Assembly (NCBI GenBank): GCA_963812015.1
Contig: CAWETI010000002.1
Span: 192,001-256,000 of the forward strand
DNA: 64,000 nucleotides
Direction of reading: 5' to 3'
From: an uncultured delta proteobacterium
GTDB lineage: Bacteria > Desulfobacterota > Desulfobaccia > Desulfobaccales > 0-14-0-80-60-11
In this document: positions 29,012-39,794 of the stretch, in pieces
How the letters are laid out: every line of letters begins with the position of its first letter
How positions within the stretch are numbered: position 1 is the stretch's first letter
The notes under the pieces: model-generated
The model's input: only the letters and a program-made list of their open reading frames with translations
Database searches by the model: none
What the model was told of the DNA's origin: nothing
Made by a program: the position numbers and the translations under genes

Positions 29012-30670
29012 TCATTTATCCTGGATAGCGCTGGAGGAAGAGGGTTCCAGGGGGGCTTCCGCTAACCTGCCCTGGAGCGCCGCGGGACCCTCTATCTTCC
29101 GATCCCTGATGATGCCCGTGGCCTTTTCCCGCACTATCTTTCTCATGTCGAAAAGGTCCTCGCCCTCGACGCAGGTCACGAAATATTGCTTGAACCGTGT
29201 CGGGTTTTGTCTCCACATGCCCAGCAACTGGGTCCAGACCTGACGCCGGTATGATGGCCGCAACCCTTGCCACCAGAGGATTTTGAAAAAAGCCTTGATA
29301 TCGATTAATATCCTGCGCCAAGTCATGCCCTGATCAGGGACGCGGTCCTCCGGCAAAGTCCCCCCGGCGGCGACCGCCTGGGCCTTGCGAGCCGGCCGCA
29401 TGGCCAGATAATAGCGGTAGGCCCTTGCCAGGTAACGGGAAGGTTCGTACAGGTAGTCCCAGGCATCGACGTATTCCTGCATGATGTCGGCTTCCGGCCG
29501 ATCCGGTTCGTAGTTCAAGGCTGAGAAGGTCCCCAGGTTATCTCCCACATCGGCTCGCAGCCGCCCTTCTTTCCCCAGTCGATGCCACAGGCTGGTATGC
29601 GGTGCGGCCTGCAGGACCCCAAGCATGGTCACGGGTATGGCGGTCTGTTCTATAAAGGCGCAGATGCGCTCGCCGGCCCCTTTTGTTTCCCCGTCCAGAC
29701 CGATGATGAAACTGCCGATAACCTCCATGCCATTCTTCTTGAGGGTGTACAGCGATTCTATGAGCGGGTTCTTGATGTTGTGAAATTTGTGGCTGGTATG
29801 CAGCACATTCTCATCCGGAGACTCGATCCCGATAAAAACTTCCCTCAGGTTGGCCGCGGTCATGAGGTCGATCATTTCCGGATCCTGCCCCAGGTTCACC
29901 GAGGCCTGGGTCAAGAAGCTGAAGGGTTCGCCTCGACTCCTCATCCAGGGGGTGAGTTCTTCCAGGAAGGCCCGGGCGCGCTTCTTACTGCCGATGAAGT
30001 TGTCATCGCAGATGAACACGGAACCCCTGGCCCCGAGCCGGTGGAGGGCCTCCAGTTCGGCGATGACCTGCTTCGGGGTTTTGTAACGGGGTATGCGTCC
30101 GAAAAGGTTCACCACATCGCAAAATTCGCAGTCAAACGGGCATCCCCGGGAAGTCTGAATCGTCATAGTGGCGTAATCGCTCAGCCGCAACAGATCAAAC
30201 CGCGGGACCGGCGAGGTGGTCATGTCCGGCTTCTCTACGCTATTTTCGATTATCCCGGTCTTGCCGAGTCTCATCGCCTCCAGGAGCAAAGGAATCGTAT
30301 TCTCGCCCTCGCCCCGCACCACAAAATCACAACCGGCCTCCAGAACGGCCTCAGGGAGTGAAGTGGGGTGGGGTCCCCCGGCTACGACGGTTTTCCCCCG
30401 GCGCTTGGCTTCTCGCACCAGGGCCAACAAGCCCGCCCTTTGAATGTACATGGCCGATATCAAAACCAGATCGGCCCACTGCCAATCTTCCTCCGTCAGG
30501 CTCCTGGTGTTGAGATCGGCCAGACGCAGTTCCCATTCAGCGGGCAGCAAGGCTGCCACCGTAATCAAACCCAACGGTGGATTAACCGTTTTATTACCCT
30601 GGAGCCGGCAAGATTTCTGGAAACTCCAAAAGGAAAGGGGGAATTGGGGACATACCAACAAAGCCCGCAT
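29012..30670 (-). CDS. B12-binding radical SAM protein with DUF4070 (HpnP-like family)
   Basis: PQFPLSFWSF, PPLGLITVAA, GGPHPT, SRGCPFDCEFC and DDNFIG; start set to MRALL at 30670. Confidence 0.88.
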   Translation of the reverse strand: MRALLVCPQFPLSFWSFQKSCRLQGNKTVNPPLGLITVAALLPAEWELRLADLNTRSLTEEDWQWADLVLISAMYIQRAGLLALVREAKRRGKTVVAGGPHPTSLPEAVLEAGCDFVVRGEGENTIPLLLEAMRLGKTGIIENSVEKPDMTTSPVPRFDLLRLSDYATMTIQTSRGCPFDCEFCDVVNLFGRIPRYKTPKQVIAELEALHRLGARGSVFICDDNFIGSKKRARAFLEELTPWMRSRGEPFSFLTQASVNLGQDPEMIDLMTAANLREVFIGIESPDENVLHTSHKFHNIKNPLIESLYTLKKNGMEVIGSFIIGLDGETKGAGERICAFIEQTAIPVTMLGVLQAAPHTSLWHRLGKEGRLRADVGDNLGTFSALNYEPDRPEADIMQEYVDAWDYLYEPSRYLARAYRYYLAMRPARKAQAVAAGGTLPEDRVPDQGMTWRRILIDIKAFFKILWWQGLRPSYRRQVWTQLLGMWRQNPTRFKQYFVTCVEGEDLFDMRKIVREKATGIIRDRKIEGPAALQGRLAEAPLEPSSSSAIQDK

Positions 30671-31114
30671 AGCTATAAAACTCCTCACTAATCGATAGTC
30701 GGCGGCAACCAGGCGATGGCTGCCTTAACCAGGTGATCTGAACTCTTTTTGAACCTCGCAACCATCCTCTTTGCGAAAGTAACCCGACTCGTGAGGAGCA
30801 TATTATCACAAAACTCTCCCAAAACCTCTCTCCGCGGTTGTTAGACCTGGAAAAGATCGGTCCAGAGCTGACTTCCTGCCTCAGAACTCAGGATAGCTCC
30901 GACTGATAATGATGAACAAAGAAAGGCGAGGAAAAATGAACCTATCACGTCTTAGGTCGCATGGAGGCATCGACTCTGCCCTCAATCCTAATATCTGGTG
31001 GGGCGGGTATTTTGCTAAGTGAGGCCGGATCTTCTTCCCATACGCCGGCAAGCTGGACCGACGCGCCGGGGCGCACCCGGCTCGGGGTGAAAGCGGGGGT
31101 TTGATCAGGGACCT

Positions 31115-34100
31115 TCAGGCGGCGGATTCATTCCAGGCCAGGAATTTTTTCAAAAAGACTTCCACCACGGTGGGGTCGAGCTGGACGCCGGCCTGTTCCT
31201 GCAAATATGCCCTGACCCTGTCTTGGGGCCAGGCCGGACGGTAGGGGCGGTCGCTGCTCAAGGCATCCCAAACGTCCACTACCGCGAAGATGCGGGCGGC
31301 CAGAGGTATCTCTTCACCTTTCAAGCCCCTGGGGTAACCGCTGCCGTTCCAGCGCTCGTGATGGCAGAAAGGGATGTCCAGGGCCGGGCGCAGATAGGTA
31401 ATGGGGGAGAGCAGTTCATAGGCGTATATGGGGTGCTGCCGCATGAGCACCCACTCTTCCGGGTTTAACGGACCCGGTTTGAGCAGGATGCTGTCAGGGA
31501 CCGCGATCTTGCCGATGTCGTGTAGCAAGGCCCCCCGATAGAGATGGGTGAGATCTCGATCCTCGACCCCCAGGGTCCGGGCCAGTTTCAAGGTTAAGGT
31601 CGTGACCCGCTGGGAGTGCCCCTTGGTTTCAAAGTCCCGCAGTTCCAAGGCCTTGGCCCAGCCCTCCAGGGTGGCCTCGTAGGCCAGGGTGAGTTCCGCA
31701 TGGGAGCGCTGGAGCTCATTAACCAAGGTGGCGTTATCGATGGCGATGGCGGCCTGACCGGCCATGGACTCCAGAAATTCTCGCAGTTCTTCGTCCGCCT
31801 CCAACCTGGTGCGGTGGAAAATTTCTATCACTCCTTTGACCTGTCCCTTATTGATGAGGGGCTCGGCATAGTAGCTGACAAAATCCTCTGAAGGAAACAA
31901 GTTTTGCCCTTGGCCGGCAGTCAGGTCGGGAATAAAGAGAGGCTCGCGGTCCAGGGCCACCGCCCCGGCGTAGCCCTTGCCCATCGGCGCCCGGGCCTGC
32001 TTCGTGGGGTCGAATCGGAAGCCCCGGGCGGCGGCACAGTCCAGGGCCAGGGTGTGGGGATTGAGGAGCATGATGGTTGCAGCATCCACCCGTAATTGCC
32101 CGGCAACCTGCTCCAGCAGGACATTGAGGGTAATGCCCAGATCCAAACTGCTGTTGATGGCCAGGTCGATCTGGCGCAAAGCCTGCATTTGCTTGAGATG
32201 TTTTTCCACTTGCGTGTTGAGATGGGCGTTGTCCACGGCGGCCGCCCCAATTCCGGCAAAGGCCTGGAGGAGGTCCACCCGCTCCGGAGTGAAAAAGTTC
32301 GGTCGATCGCTATAAATATTCAGGCAGGCAAAGGCCTGGCGTCCGCGCATCAGGGGAAAGGCGGCCAGGGACTGGTAGCCCCGGTCCCGGGCGGCGACCA
32401 CCCAGGGCATTTCCTCCGCTTCCCGTCCCATGTCGTTGATTAATCTTGGTTTGCCGGCCTTGATAGCCTGGCCGACGGGTCCCCGACTCGCGGTGGGGTC
32501 GTCCAGACAAATTTTCATCTCTTTCAGACAATCGGCCATCTCCCCGGCCCAATAGAGCGGACGGATGCACCCCTTGGATTCAACCCGCCCCAACCAGACC
32601 AGGCGGGTATCGAAGGCATCTACCACCAACTGGCAAATCTCCTGCACCATGGCGTCGGGATCGCGAAGCTTGGCCAATTTTTCCACGCCGGCGATAAGCA
32701 GGTTGAGGGAGTGGAGGTGTTCCTGGGCCCGGGCCTCCGCCTGTTTGCGGTCGGTGATGTCGGTAATGACGGCGAAAGCACTTTGCAAACGACCCTCACC
32801 AAAAATGGGCATGGGCGTAATGAGGGCAATGATTTTCTCACCGTCTTTCCTGATCCATTCGATTTCATACGGTGTCTTTTCCCCGCGCTGCCGCCGGTTA
32901 AGCTGGTCTCTGATGATTTCCTTATTGGTCTGGTCAAAAAAATCGAATATCTGACGCCCGATAATCTCTCCCCGGGAGTATCCCAGCAACTCACATAATC
33001 TGGGGTTGGCAAAGGTAATTATCCCCTTGGGGTTTATCATGGACAGACCCTGGTTCAGGTTGTCCACTAGCAGGCGGTACTGCGCTTCACTCTCCTCGAG
33101 AGCCTTTGCGGCCCGTTGATGTGCGGTGCGGTCCCGCAAAACCTCGAGGCCGTATTCCAGGTGCCTGGCCAACTCCGCCAGCAGCTTCACTTCCTCGGCA
33201 TCGAAAACCCCGGGTTCACCGGCATAGATACCCAGGGCCCCCCAAGGCTGTCCGTCGATGTTCAGGGGAAAGGCGCACGCCGAAGCAAAGCCGCGTTTTA
33301 GGGCTTCGGCCCGCCAGGGGGCAAAGGACTGATCTTCCCGAATACTCCGAATGATGGACGGCTGACCCGTACGCAAGGCCTTGCCAAAAGGCCCCCGGCC
33401 CCGCTCCGTGTCGGCCCAGGTGAGGTTGAGGGTTTCCAGGTAACCGTCGTCCACCCCATAGCGGGCCAGAGGATGGACCGATTTTTCCTGGTTCGCCACG
33501 GCCAGCCCCACCCAGGCCAGGCGGTAGCCCCCTTCGGCCACTATGATGCGGCAAATCTCCTGGAGTAAACTTTCCTCCGCTGCGGCCCGGATCATGGCCT
33601 GGTCGCCTTCGATCAAGGTCTTGAGGGTCCGGTTGGCTCGCCGTAAGGAAGCTTCGGCTTGCGTGCGGCCCGAGATCTCCCGGTTGAGATACCAGAAAAC
33701 CAGGGAGAGAATGGCAAAACTGAGGCAAGTTCCCAGGGCTAAGTCCAGGAGGCTGCGTTGCGTACTAGTCGTCCGTTCGACAGATCGTTGCCACAACTTC
33801 TGCTTTTCGGCCTTGGCCAGATCATCCAGGACTTGCTGGATATCGTCCTGGAGTGCCTTCCCGGCGTCGGTCAGGGTAATCTGTTCGTCAAGATTGAAGC
33901 CCTTTTGCCGGCGTAAACTGATGGTTTGGTTGAGGTGGGCGATTTTTTTATCCATGAGAGGGGCTAGGCGCTCGAGACGGTTTTGTTGGACCGATTCATT
34001 ACCGGTTAGGGTGCGCAGCTGGACCATCAAGTCCTGGATTTGGCGGGCGGCGGCAGTAACTCGGTTGAGATGCAAGGGTTTCCCGGTGATCGCGAAGCAC

Positions 34101-34288
34101 TGCCTGGCGCTCTCGGCTTCAAGGATATGCGATTTCAGGTCGTTGATATCTGAAAGGATTTCCAGGTTATGGTTCACTTGCTCGCCGGTCTCGACGAGCC
34201 CGACCATATTGCGGTAGGCGATCAATTCCGTCACCGCGATGAGGCCCAGCGAAAGAAGGAACCATAAGACGATCAGTTTTTTATGCAT
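31115..34288 (-). CDS. HD-GYP cyclic-dinucleotide phosphodiesterase: CHASE3, GAF, PAS, GAF, GAF, HD-GYP
   Basis: AESARQCFAITG (CHASE3-like) between TMs; HSQRV, LHDIGK, HHERWNGSGYP and DRPYR. Confidence 0.92.
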   Translation of the reverse strand: MHKKLIVLWFLLSLGLIAVTELIAYRNMVGLVETGEQVNHNLEILSDINDLKSHILEAESARQCFAITGKPLHLNRVTAAARQIQDLMVQLRTLTGNESVQQNRLERLAPLMDKKIAHLNQTISLRRQKGFNLDEQITLTDAGKALQDDIQQVLDDLAKAEKQKLWQRSVERTTSTQRSLLDLALGTCLSFAILSLVFWYLNREISGRTQAEASLRRANRTLKTLIEGDQAMIRAAAEESLLQEICRIIVAEGGYRLAWVGLAVANQEKSVHPLARYGVDDGYLETLNLTWADTERGRGPFGKALRTGQPSIIRSIREDQSFAPWRAEALKRGFASACAFPLNIDGQPWGALGIYAGEPGVFDAEEVKLLAELARHLEYGLEVLRDRTAHQRAAKALEESEAQYRLLVDNLNQGLSMINPKGIITFANPRLCELLGYSRGEIIGRQIFDFFDQTNKEIIRDQLNRRQRGEKTPYEIEWIRKDGEKIIALITPMPIFGEGRLQSAFAVITDITDRKQAEARAQEHLHSLNLLIAGVEKLAKLRDPDAMVQEICQLVVDAFDTRLVWLGRVESKGCIRPLYWAGEMADCLKEMKICLDDPTASRGPVGQAIKAGKPRLINDMGREAEEMPWVVAARDRGYQSLAAFPLMRGRQAFACLNIYSDRPNFFTPERVDLLQAFAGIGAAAVDNAHLNTQVEKHLKQMQALRQIDLAINSSLDLGITLNVLLEQVAGQLRVDAATIMLLNPHTLALDCAAARGFRFDPTKQARAPMGKGYAGAVALDREPLFIPDLTAGQGQNLFPSEDFVSYYAEPLINKGQVKGVIEIFHRTRLEADEELREFLESMAGQAAIAIDNATLVNELQRSHAELTLAYEATLEGWAKALELRDFETKGHSQRVTTLTLKLARTLGVEDRDLTHLYRGALLHDIGKIAVPDSILLKPGPLNPEEWVLMRQHPIYAYELLSPITYLRPALDIPFCHHERWNGSGYPRGLKGEEIPLAARIFAVVDVWDALSSDRPYRPAWPQDRVRAYLQEQAGVQLDPTVVEVFLKKFLAWNESAA

Positions 34289-34393
34289 AGGGCCCAACTA
34301 TACTTTCGGCCCGCACCAGCCGCCGGCGCGACGACAAAACCGCTTCCCAGCACCGCAAGAGTTCGGTCAGGTCAGCTTCGGCATGACAATCAA

Positions 34394-34981
34394 TTATTTC
34401 AACCACTTAATCATCTTAACCGTCGTACCCCCTCCCACCTGGCTCTGAATCTCAAATTCGTCCATCAGGTGCTTAGATCCCGGCAGCCCATATCCCAGGT
34501 CGTTGCTGGAGCCGCCTTGCAAGGCCAGGCTGAGATCGGCAATCCCGGGGCCATGGTCTTCCACCACAATCTCTATGCCTCTGGCGTCGTTGCGGGCCAC
34601 AGGCTTCAAGGTCACCTTGCCGTGCCCGGAATATTGATAGGCGTTGCGGCTCATTTCGCAGGTGGCGGTGGTGATATGGATCTGGTCCGGGATGCCAAAG
34701 TCCAACTCCTGGGCCATTTCCCGGGCTTCCTGTCGGGCCCGGATTATATCATTGCCATCCCGGATCGGGACCTCTCTCATGGTCACCGGCTGGGGCCACA
34801 CCGGTTTTGCCCCGGCGTTGGGACTTCTTGTCGGAAGCGACTTCAGCCCCAGTATCTCCAGTACGGTCAATCGGGTGTTGACGGCCGGAACCGGGGCCGG
34901 GGCTTTATTCCAGACAATAAACCTGCCATCCTGTCGCCGCCTGGGTAAACCGGAATCGCTTTGGGTGCCTTTTATCGCCAT
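34394..34981 (-). CDS. RsbT-like anti-sigma/serine kinase with N-terminal extension
   Basis: IIRARQEAREMA, ITTATCEMSRNAYQY, EDHGPGIADL and LGYGLPGSKHLMDEFEIQS; RBS GGGAG before ATG 34981, alternative start at 34780. Confidence 0.85.
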   Translation of the reverse strand: MAIKGTQSDSGLPRRRQDGRFIVWNKAPAPVPAVNTRLTVLEILGLKSLPTRSPNAGAKPVWPQPVTMREVPIRDGNDIIRARQEAREMAQELDFGIPDQIHITTATCEMSRNAYQYSGHGKVTLKPVARNDARGIEIVVEDHGPGIADLSLALQGGSSNDLGYGLPGSKHLMDEFEIQSQVGGGTTVKMIKWLK

Positions 34982-35171
34982 ATTTTTCTCCCGCCCCCCC
35001 CTTCTATTTCGGCGCGAATGCCTTAAGAGATGAATTTATCTCAAGTGATCAGCGCGGCCAGAGGGCCTCTGGGACTGGATCAGGCTGGTGCAGGCGGCGC
35101 CTGGTCTGCCCGGAGCAAGCATCCAACGTGACCGAAACCCTGGCGCCCCCCGGCCGGTCGCGGTTTATGGT

Positions 35172-35200
35172 TTGACAACCCCGCTTCCTTCTTTTATTTT
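35172..35200 (+). promoter_or_regulatory. Putative sigma70 promoter of hpt
   Basis: TTGACA-17 bp-TATTTT. Confidence 0.5.
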
Positions 35201-35222
35201 TAAGCCAGCGGGGAGGGTTGCC

Positions 35223-35747
35223 ATGAGCACCAAGAAGCGTTGTCTCATTTCTCAAGCCGAGATTGCCCGGCGGGTGGCGGAGTTGGCCGAGCGAATCGGC
35301 CGGGATTATGCCAGCCGGGACTTAGTGATGGTGGGGGTTCTGAAAGGGGCGTTCATCTTCCTGGCCGACCTGGTGCGGGCCCTGCCCTTCCCGGTGATCG
35401 TGGATTTTGTCCGGGTGAAGAGCTACGGCGCCGGCACCGAGTCCGCCGGGGAAATCCACATCACCAAGGATGTGGAAGAGCCCCTGAAAGACCGGGACGT
35501 CCTGATTGTGGAAGATATCATCGACCTGGGCCTGACCCTGGACTTTCTGCGCCAGCACCTCCTCAGCCACCAGCCCCGCTCCCTCAAGATCTGCTGCCTC
35601 ATCGACAAGAAAGAGCGCCGGAAAGTGGAGGTCCCCCTGGACTACACCGGCTTTGTGGTGGAAAAGGGTTTTCTGGTGGGCTACGGCCTGGACTGCGGCG
35701 AACAGAGCCGCACCCTGCCGGAAATTTTTGTATTGGAGGAGAAATGA
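35223..35747 (+). CDS. hpt: Hypoxanthine phosphoribosyltransferase
   Basis: VLKGAFIFLADL, KSYG, VLIVEDIIDLGLTL and VGYGLD; start at ATG 35223. Confidence 0.96.
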   Translation: MSTKKRCLISQAEIARRVAELAERIGRDYASRDLVMVGVLKGAFIFLADLVRALPFPVIVDFVRVKSYGAGTESAGEIHITKDVEEPLKDRDVLIVEDIIDLGLTLDFLRQHLLSHQPRSLKICCLIDKKERRKVEVPLDYTGFVVEKGFLVGYGLDCGEQSRTLPEIFVLEEK

Positions 35748-35904
35748 AAGGGGAGAGGGGTCCAGGGGCGTTTTCGTAAGTGCCCCTGCCTCCGCTTGCA
35801 TACCCTCTCCCCCAACCCCTTACCGGGAGGTGGGAGGAGAGCTTGAGGGGAGGGCGGGGAAATCCCTTATAAAAAAATAAAAAATTTCCCCGGCCCTTCT
35901 CCCA
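35745..35904 (+). repeat. About 150-bp dispersed intergenic element, copy 1
   Basis: Aligns end to end with the reverse complement of 60850-60995, sharing TAAGTGCCCCT, TCCCCCAACCCCTTACCGGG and GGAGGGCGGGG..AAT.CCTTA.AAAAAA. Confidence 0.75.
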
Positions 35905-35916
35905 ACCGCACACATT

Positions 35917-36870
35917 ATGACTTCACTTCATCACTTCGCCGCCATCGACGTCGGCAGTCTGACCGTGCGCCTGGCGGTGGCGGAGCCCACCCCCGGGGGT
36001 GCGTTCCGGGTGCTGACCCACCGCCGGGAGATTACCGGTCTGGGGCAGGGTTTGGCCGCCACCGGCGAGTTGGCCCCGGAGGCCATGGCCCGGACCCTGG
36101 AGGCGCTTAAGATCTTTCAGCAGGTCATGTCGGTCCACCGGGTGGAGCGTTACCGGGCCGTGGGCACCCAGGCCCTGCGCCAGGCCGTCAACCGCCAGGT
36201 CTTCCTGGACCGCCTCCACGAGGCCCTGGGACTGGCGGTGGAGGTGCTGGCCCCCCAAGCGGAGGCCCGGCTGTCCCTCACCGGAGTGCTTACCGCCCTG
36301 GCTCCGGAGGTGCTGACCGCCCCGGCGGTACTGGTCTTTGATGTGGGCGGGGGCAGCACGGAGTTTGCCCTGGTGCGCCCCGACCGGGAGCCGGTCTTCG
36401 CCAGCCTGCCCCTGGGGGTCTTGACCCTGAGCCAGGCCCGGCCCCTGGGGGACCCGCCCGTGCGGGCCTGGGTGGCGGCCCTGAAAGAAGAACTGGCCGC
36501 CCGCTTGGGTTTTTTCTATAAGGAGGCCATCAGGCCCCACCTGGAGGCGGCCCCGCTCCTGGTGGGCACCGCCGGGGCAGTCACGACCCTGGCGGCCATG
36601 CAGTTAAGGTTGCGGGAATATGATTCAAAAAAGATTAATAACCTGCTGTTGACCCGGGTCCAGGTGGCGGCGCTGGCTGAACTGGTGGCGCGCTTGCCCG
36701 AGGCGGAACGGGCCGGTTTGGCCGGGATGGAGCCCGCCAAGGCCGGGGTGATGGTGGCCGGGGCCTTGGTGGTGCTGACCATTCTTGAGGTTTGCCGCCA
36801 GGATTCCTTGGTGGTGATTGACGCCGGGCTCCTGGAAGGGGTCTTGCACGAGATGTCCTGTAAGTTTTGA
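35917..36870 (+). CDS. ppx: Ppx/GppA family exopolyphosphatase
   Basis: AAIDVGSLTVRL, GTQALRQAVN, DVGGGSTE and GLLEG. Confidence 0.9.
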   Translation: MTSLHHFAAIDVGSLTVRLAVAEPTPGGAFRVLTHRREITGLGQGLAATGELAPEAMARTLEALKIFQQVMSVHRVERYRAVGTQALRQAVNRQVFLDRLHEALGLAVEVLAPQAEARLSLTGVLTALAPEVLTAPAVLVFDVGGGSTEFALVRPDREPVFASLPLGVLTLSQARPLGDPPVRAWVAALKEELAARLGFFYKEAIRPHLEAAPLLVGTAGAVTTLAAMQLRLREYDSKKINNLLLTRVQVAALAELVARLPEAERAGLAGMEPAKAGVMVAGALVVLTILEVCRQDSLVVIDAGLLEGVLHEMSCKF

Positions 36871-36975
36871 GTTTCGGGATTCGCCGGAAAAGGATAAAAT
36901 AACACTTTCCCTTCAGCCAGTCATTTTACCCATAAAGAGATGGGACCGTGATTATCAAAGAAACCAAGCTGTTAA

Positions 36976-38505
<1,530 letters not shown>

Positions 38506-38510
38506 GGTTA

Positions 38511-38584
38511 TGAGGGAAGGGGACCAGGGGCCGACGGCCCCTGCCCCCTCCCCTCAAGCTCCCCTCCCCCAACCCCTTAAGGGG
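38511..38584 (+). repeat. Partial copy of the dispersed TGAGGG-terminated element
   Basis: TGAGGGAAGGGGACCAGGGG..CCCCTGCCCCCTCCCCTCA...CTCCCCCAACCCCTTA matches the left half of 35745-35904. Confidence 0.6.
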
Positions 38585-38664
38585 AAAAATTTAGGGGCGG
38601 ACCTTAATGTCCGCTTTTTTTATTTGGTTACACTAAATCTTTGTCAATTTATTAATGAATTATC

Positions 38665-38720
38665 TTGACATATCCGATACGTGTGGTTAAAAATATACCA
38701 TGTGGTATTTAAACTACCAC
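38665..38720 (+). promoter_or_regulatory. Promoter with two tandem palindromic operators
   Basis: TTGACA-17 bp-TAAAAA; GTGGT-N9-ACCAT at 38683-38701 and GTGGT-N9-ACCAC at 38702-38720. Confidence 0.7.
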
Positions 38721-38739
38721 GCGAAAAGGAGAAGGAAAA

Positions 38740-39105
38740 ATGTTCGGCGAATTCATTAAGGAACGGAGGATTAATAAGGGTTTAACGTTGAGGGAATTTT
38801 GCAAGCTAATTGAGATTGACGCTAGTAACTGGAGCAAAACCGAACGCGGTCTGCTCGCACCCCCTAAGAGCGACGAGAAATTGGAAAAAATAGCTGAGGT
38901 TTTGGGGATCTCAGTGGGTTCTGATCTATGGACCGAATTGAAGGACAAGGCAGAAATTGATTCAGGCAATATTCCGGCAGATATACGATCCGATAAAGAA
39001 TTGATAGGTTATCTCCCAATGTTTTTCCGAACCATAAGGAGCGAGAAGCCTTCGGCAGATGATTTGGACAACCTCATTGAAATGATTCGTACGGGGGGGA
39101 GGTGA
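38740..39105 (+). CDS. XRE-family HTH transcriptional regulator
   Basis: FGEFIKERRINKGLTLREFCKLIEIDASNWSKTERG; low GC. Confidence 0.9.
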   Translation: MFGEFIKERRINKGLTLREFCKLIEIDASNWSKTERGLLAPPKSDEKLEKIAEVLGISVGSDLWTELKDKAEIDSGNIPADIRSDKELIGYLPMFFRTIRSEKPSADDLDNLIEMIRTGGR

Positions 39106-39741
39106 TTGGATTATTCTGGTTTCAAATGCAAATGGATTGATAAGAATCAACTTAGAAAACTGGCGGACCAAATAAGACAGGAATATTGGCCTGAGGATAT
39201 TCTTCCTATAGATACAGCCAAAATCGTTGAACTCAGGTTAAGAATTGATATCGAGCCCGTGCGTGGTTTACTTTCCGACATGGATATGGATGCCTATCTG
39301 AGAACGGATTTAAACGGAATCGTCGTGGATCACGATTGCTATATGCAGGATAAATTTGCTAACCGTTTGCGCTTTTCGCTAGCCCATGAATTGGGTAATT
39401 ATTTTTTACATAAGGATGTTTATTCAGATTTACCCCTGGTCTCTACAGAAGAATGGAAAGATTTTATCCTTAATGTTCCAGAAGCCGAATATGAAAACTT
39501 CGAATGGCAAGCAAATGAATTTGCAGGTCGTTTTTTGGTTCCTTATGACAAGTTGAAGTCAAAAGTTGAAGAATCCTTGGAAATAATAAGAAAATCTGGT
39601 TTAATCGAATATCTTCATCAAGACCCTGACGCAGTTTTATCAAGAGTTTCTCCTTTTCTCCGCAGAACTTTTGGTGTCTCAGAACAAGTCATTGTCCTCA
39701 GGGTTCAAAGAGAAGATTTATGGCCCCCTGAAACGGATTAG
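39106..39741 (+). CDS. ImmA/IrrE (DUF955) metallopeptidase-family protein with an HExxN variant motif
   Basis: RLRFSLAHELGNYFLH and EWQANEFAGRFLVP; TTG start abuts the HTH stop. Confidence 0.85.
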   Translation: MDYSGFKCKWIDKNQLRKLADQIRQEYWPEDILPIDTAKIVELRLRIDIEPVRGLLSDMDMDAYLRTDLNGIVVDHDCYMQDKFANRLRFSLAHELGNYFLHKDVYSDLPLVSTEEWKDFILNVPEAEYENFEWQANEFAGRFLVPYDKLKSKVEESLEIIRKSGLIEYLHQDPDAVLSRVSPFLRRTFGVSEQVIVLRVQREDLWPPETD

Positions 39742-39760
39742 ATATAATCTTAAGAATACG

Positions 39761-39792
39761 AAAAGGGAGGGCCAATTGGCCCTCCCTTTTTT
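39761..39792. terminator. Bidirectional intrinsic terminator
   Basis: AAAAGGGAGGGCC-AATT-GGCCCTCCCTTTTTT between convergent genes. Confidence 0.85.
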
Positions 39793-39794
39793 CT

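Noticed and set aside
30690..30900. Possible c-di-GMP-I or cobalamin riboswitch upstream of the radical SAM gene
   Set aside because: Only a GGCAGCC/GGTTGCC hairpin and a CGCAAAG fragment are visible; the GGCAAAC/GNRA P2 and the B12 box could not be found. An Rfam scan would settle it.
35088..35222. ORF-track N-terminal extensions of hpt (likewise gap, purM, ridA, DUF72 and ahcY)
   Set aside because: Downstream ATGs have better RBSs and match family N-termini; the hpt extension also overlaps its own promoter.
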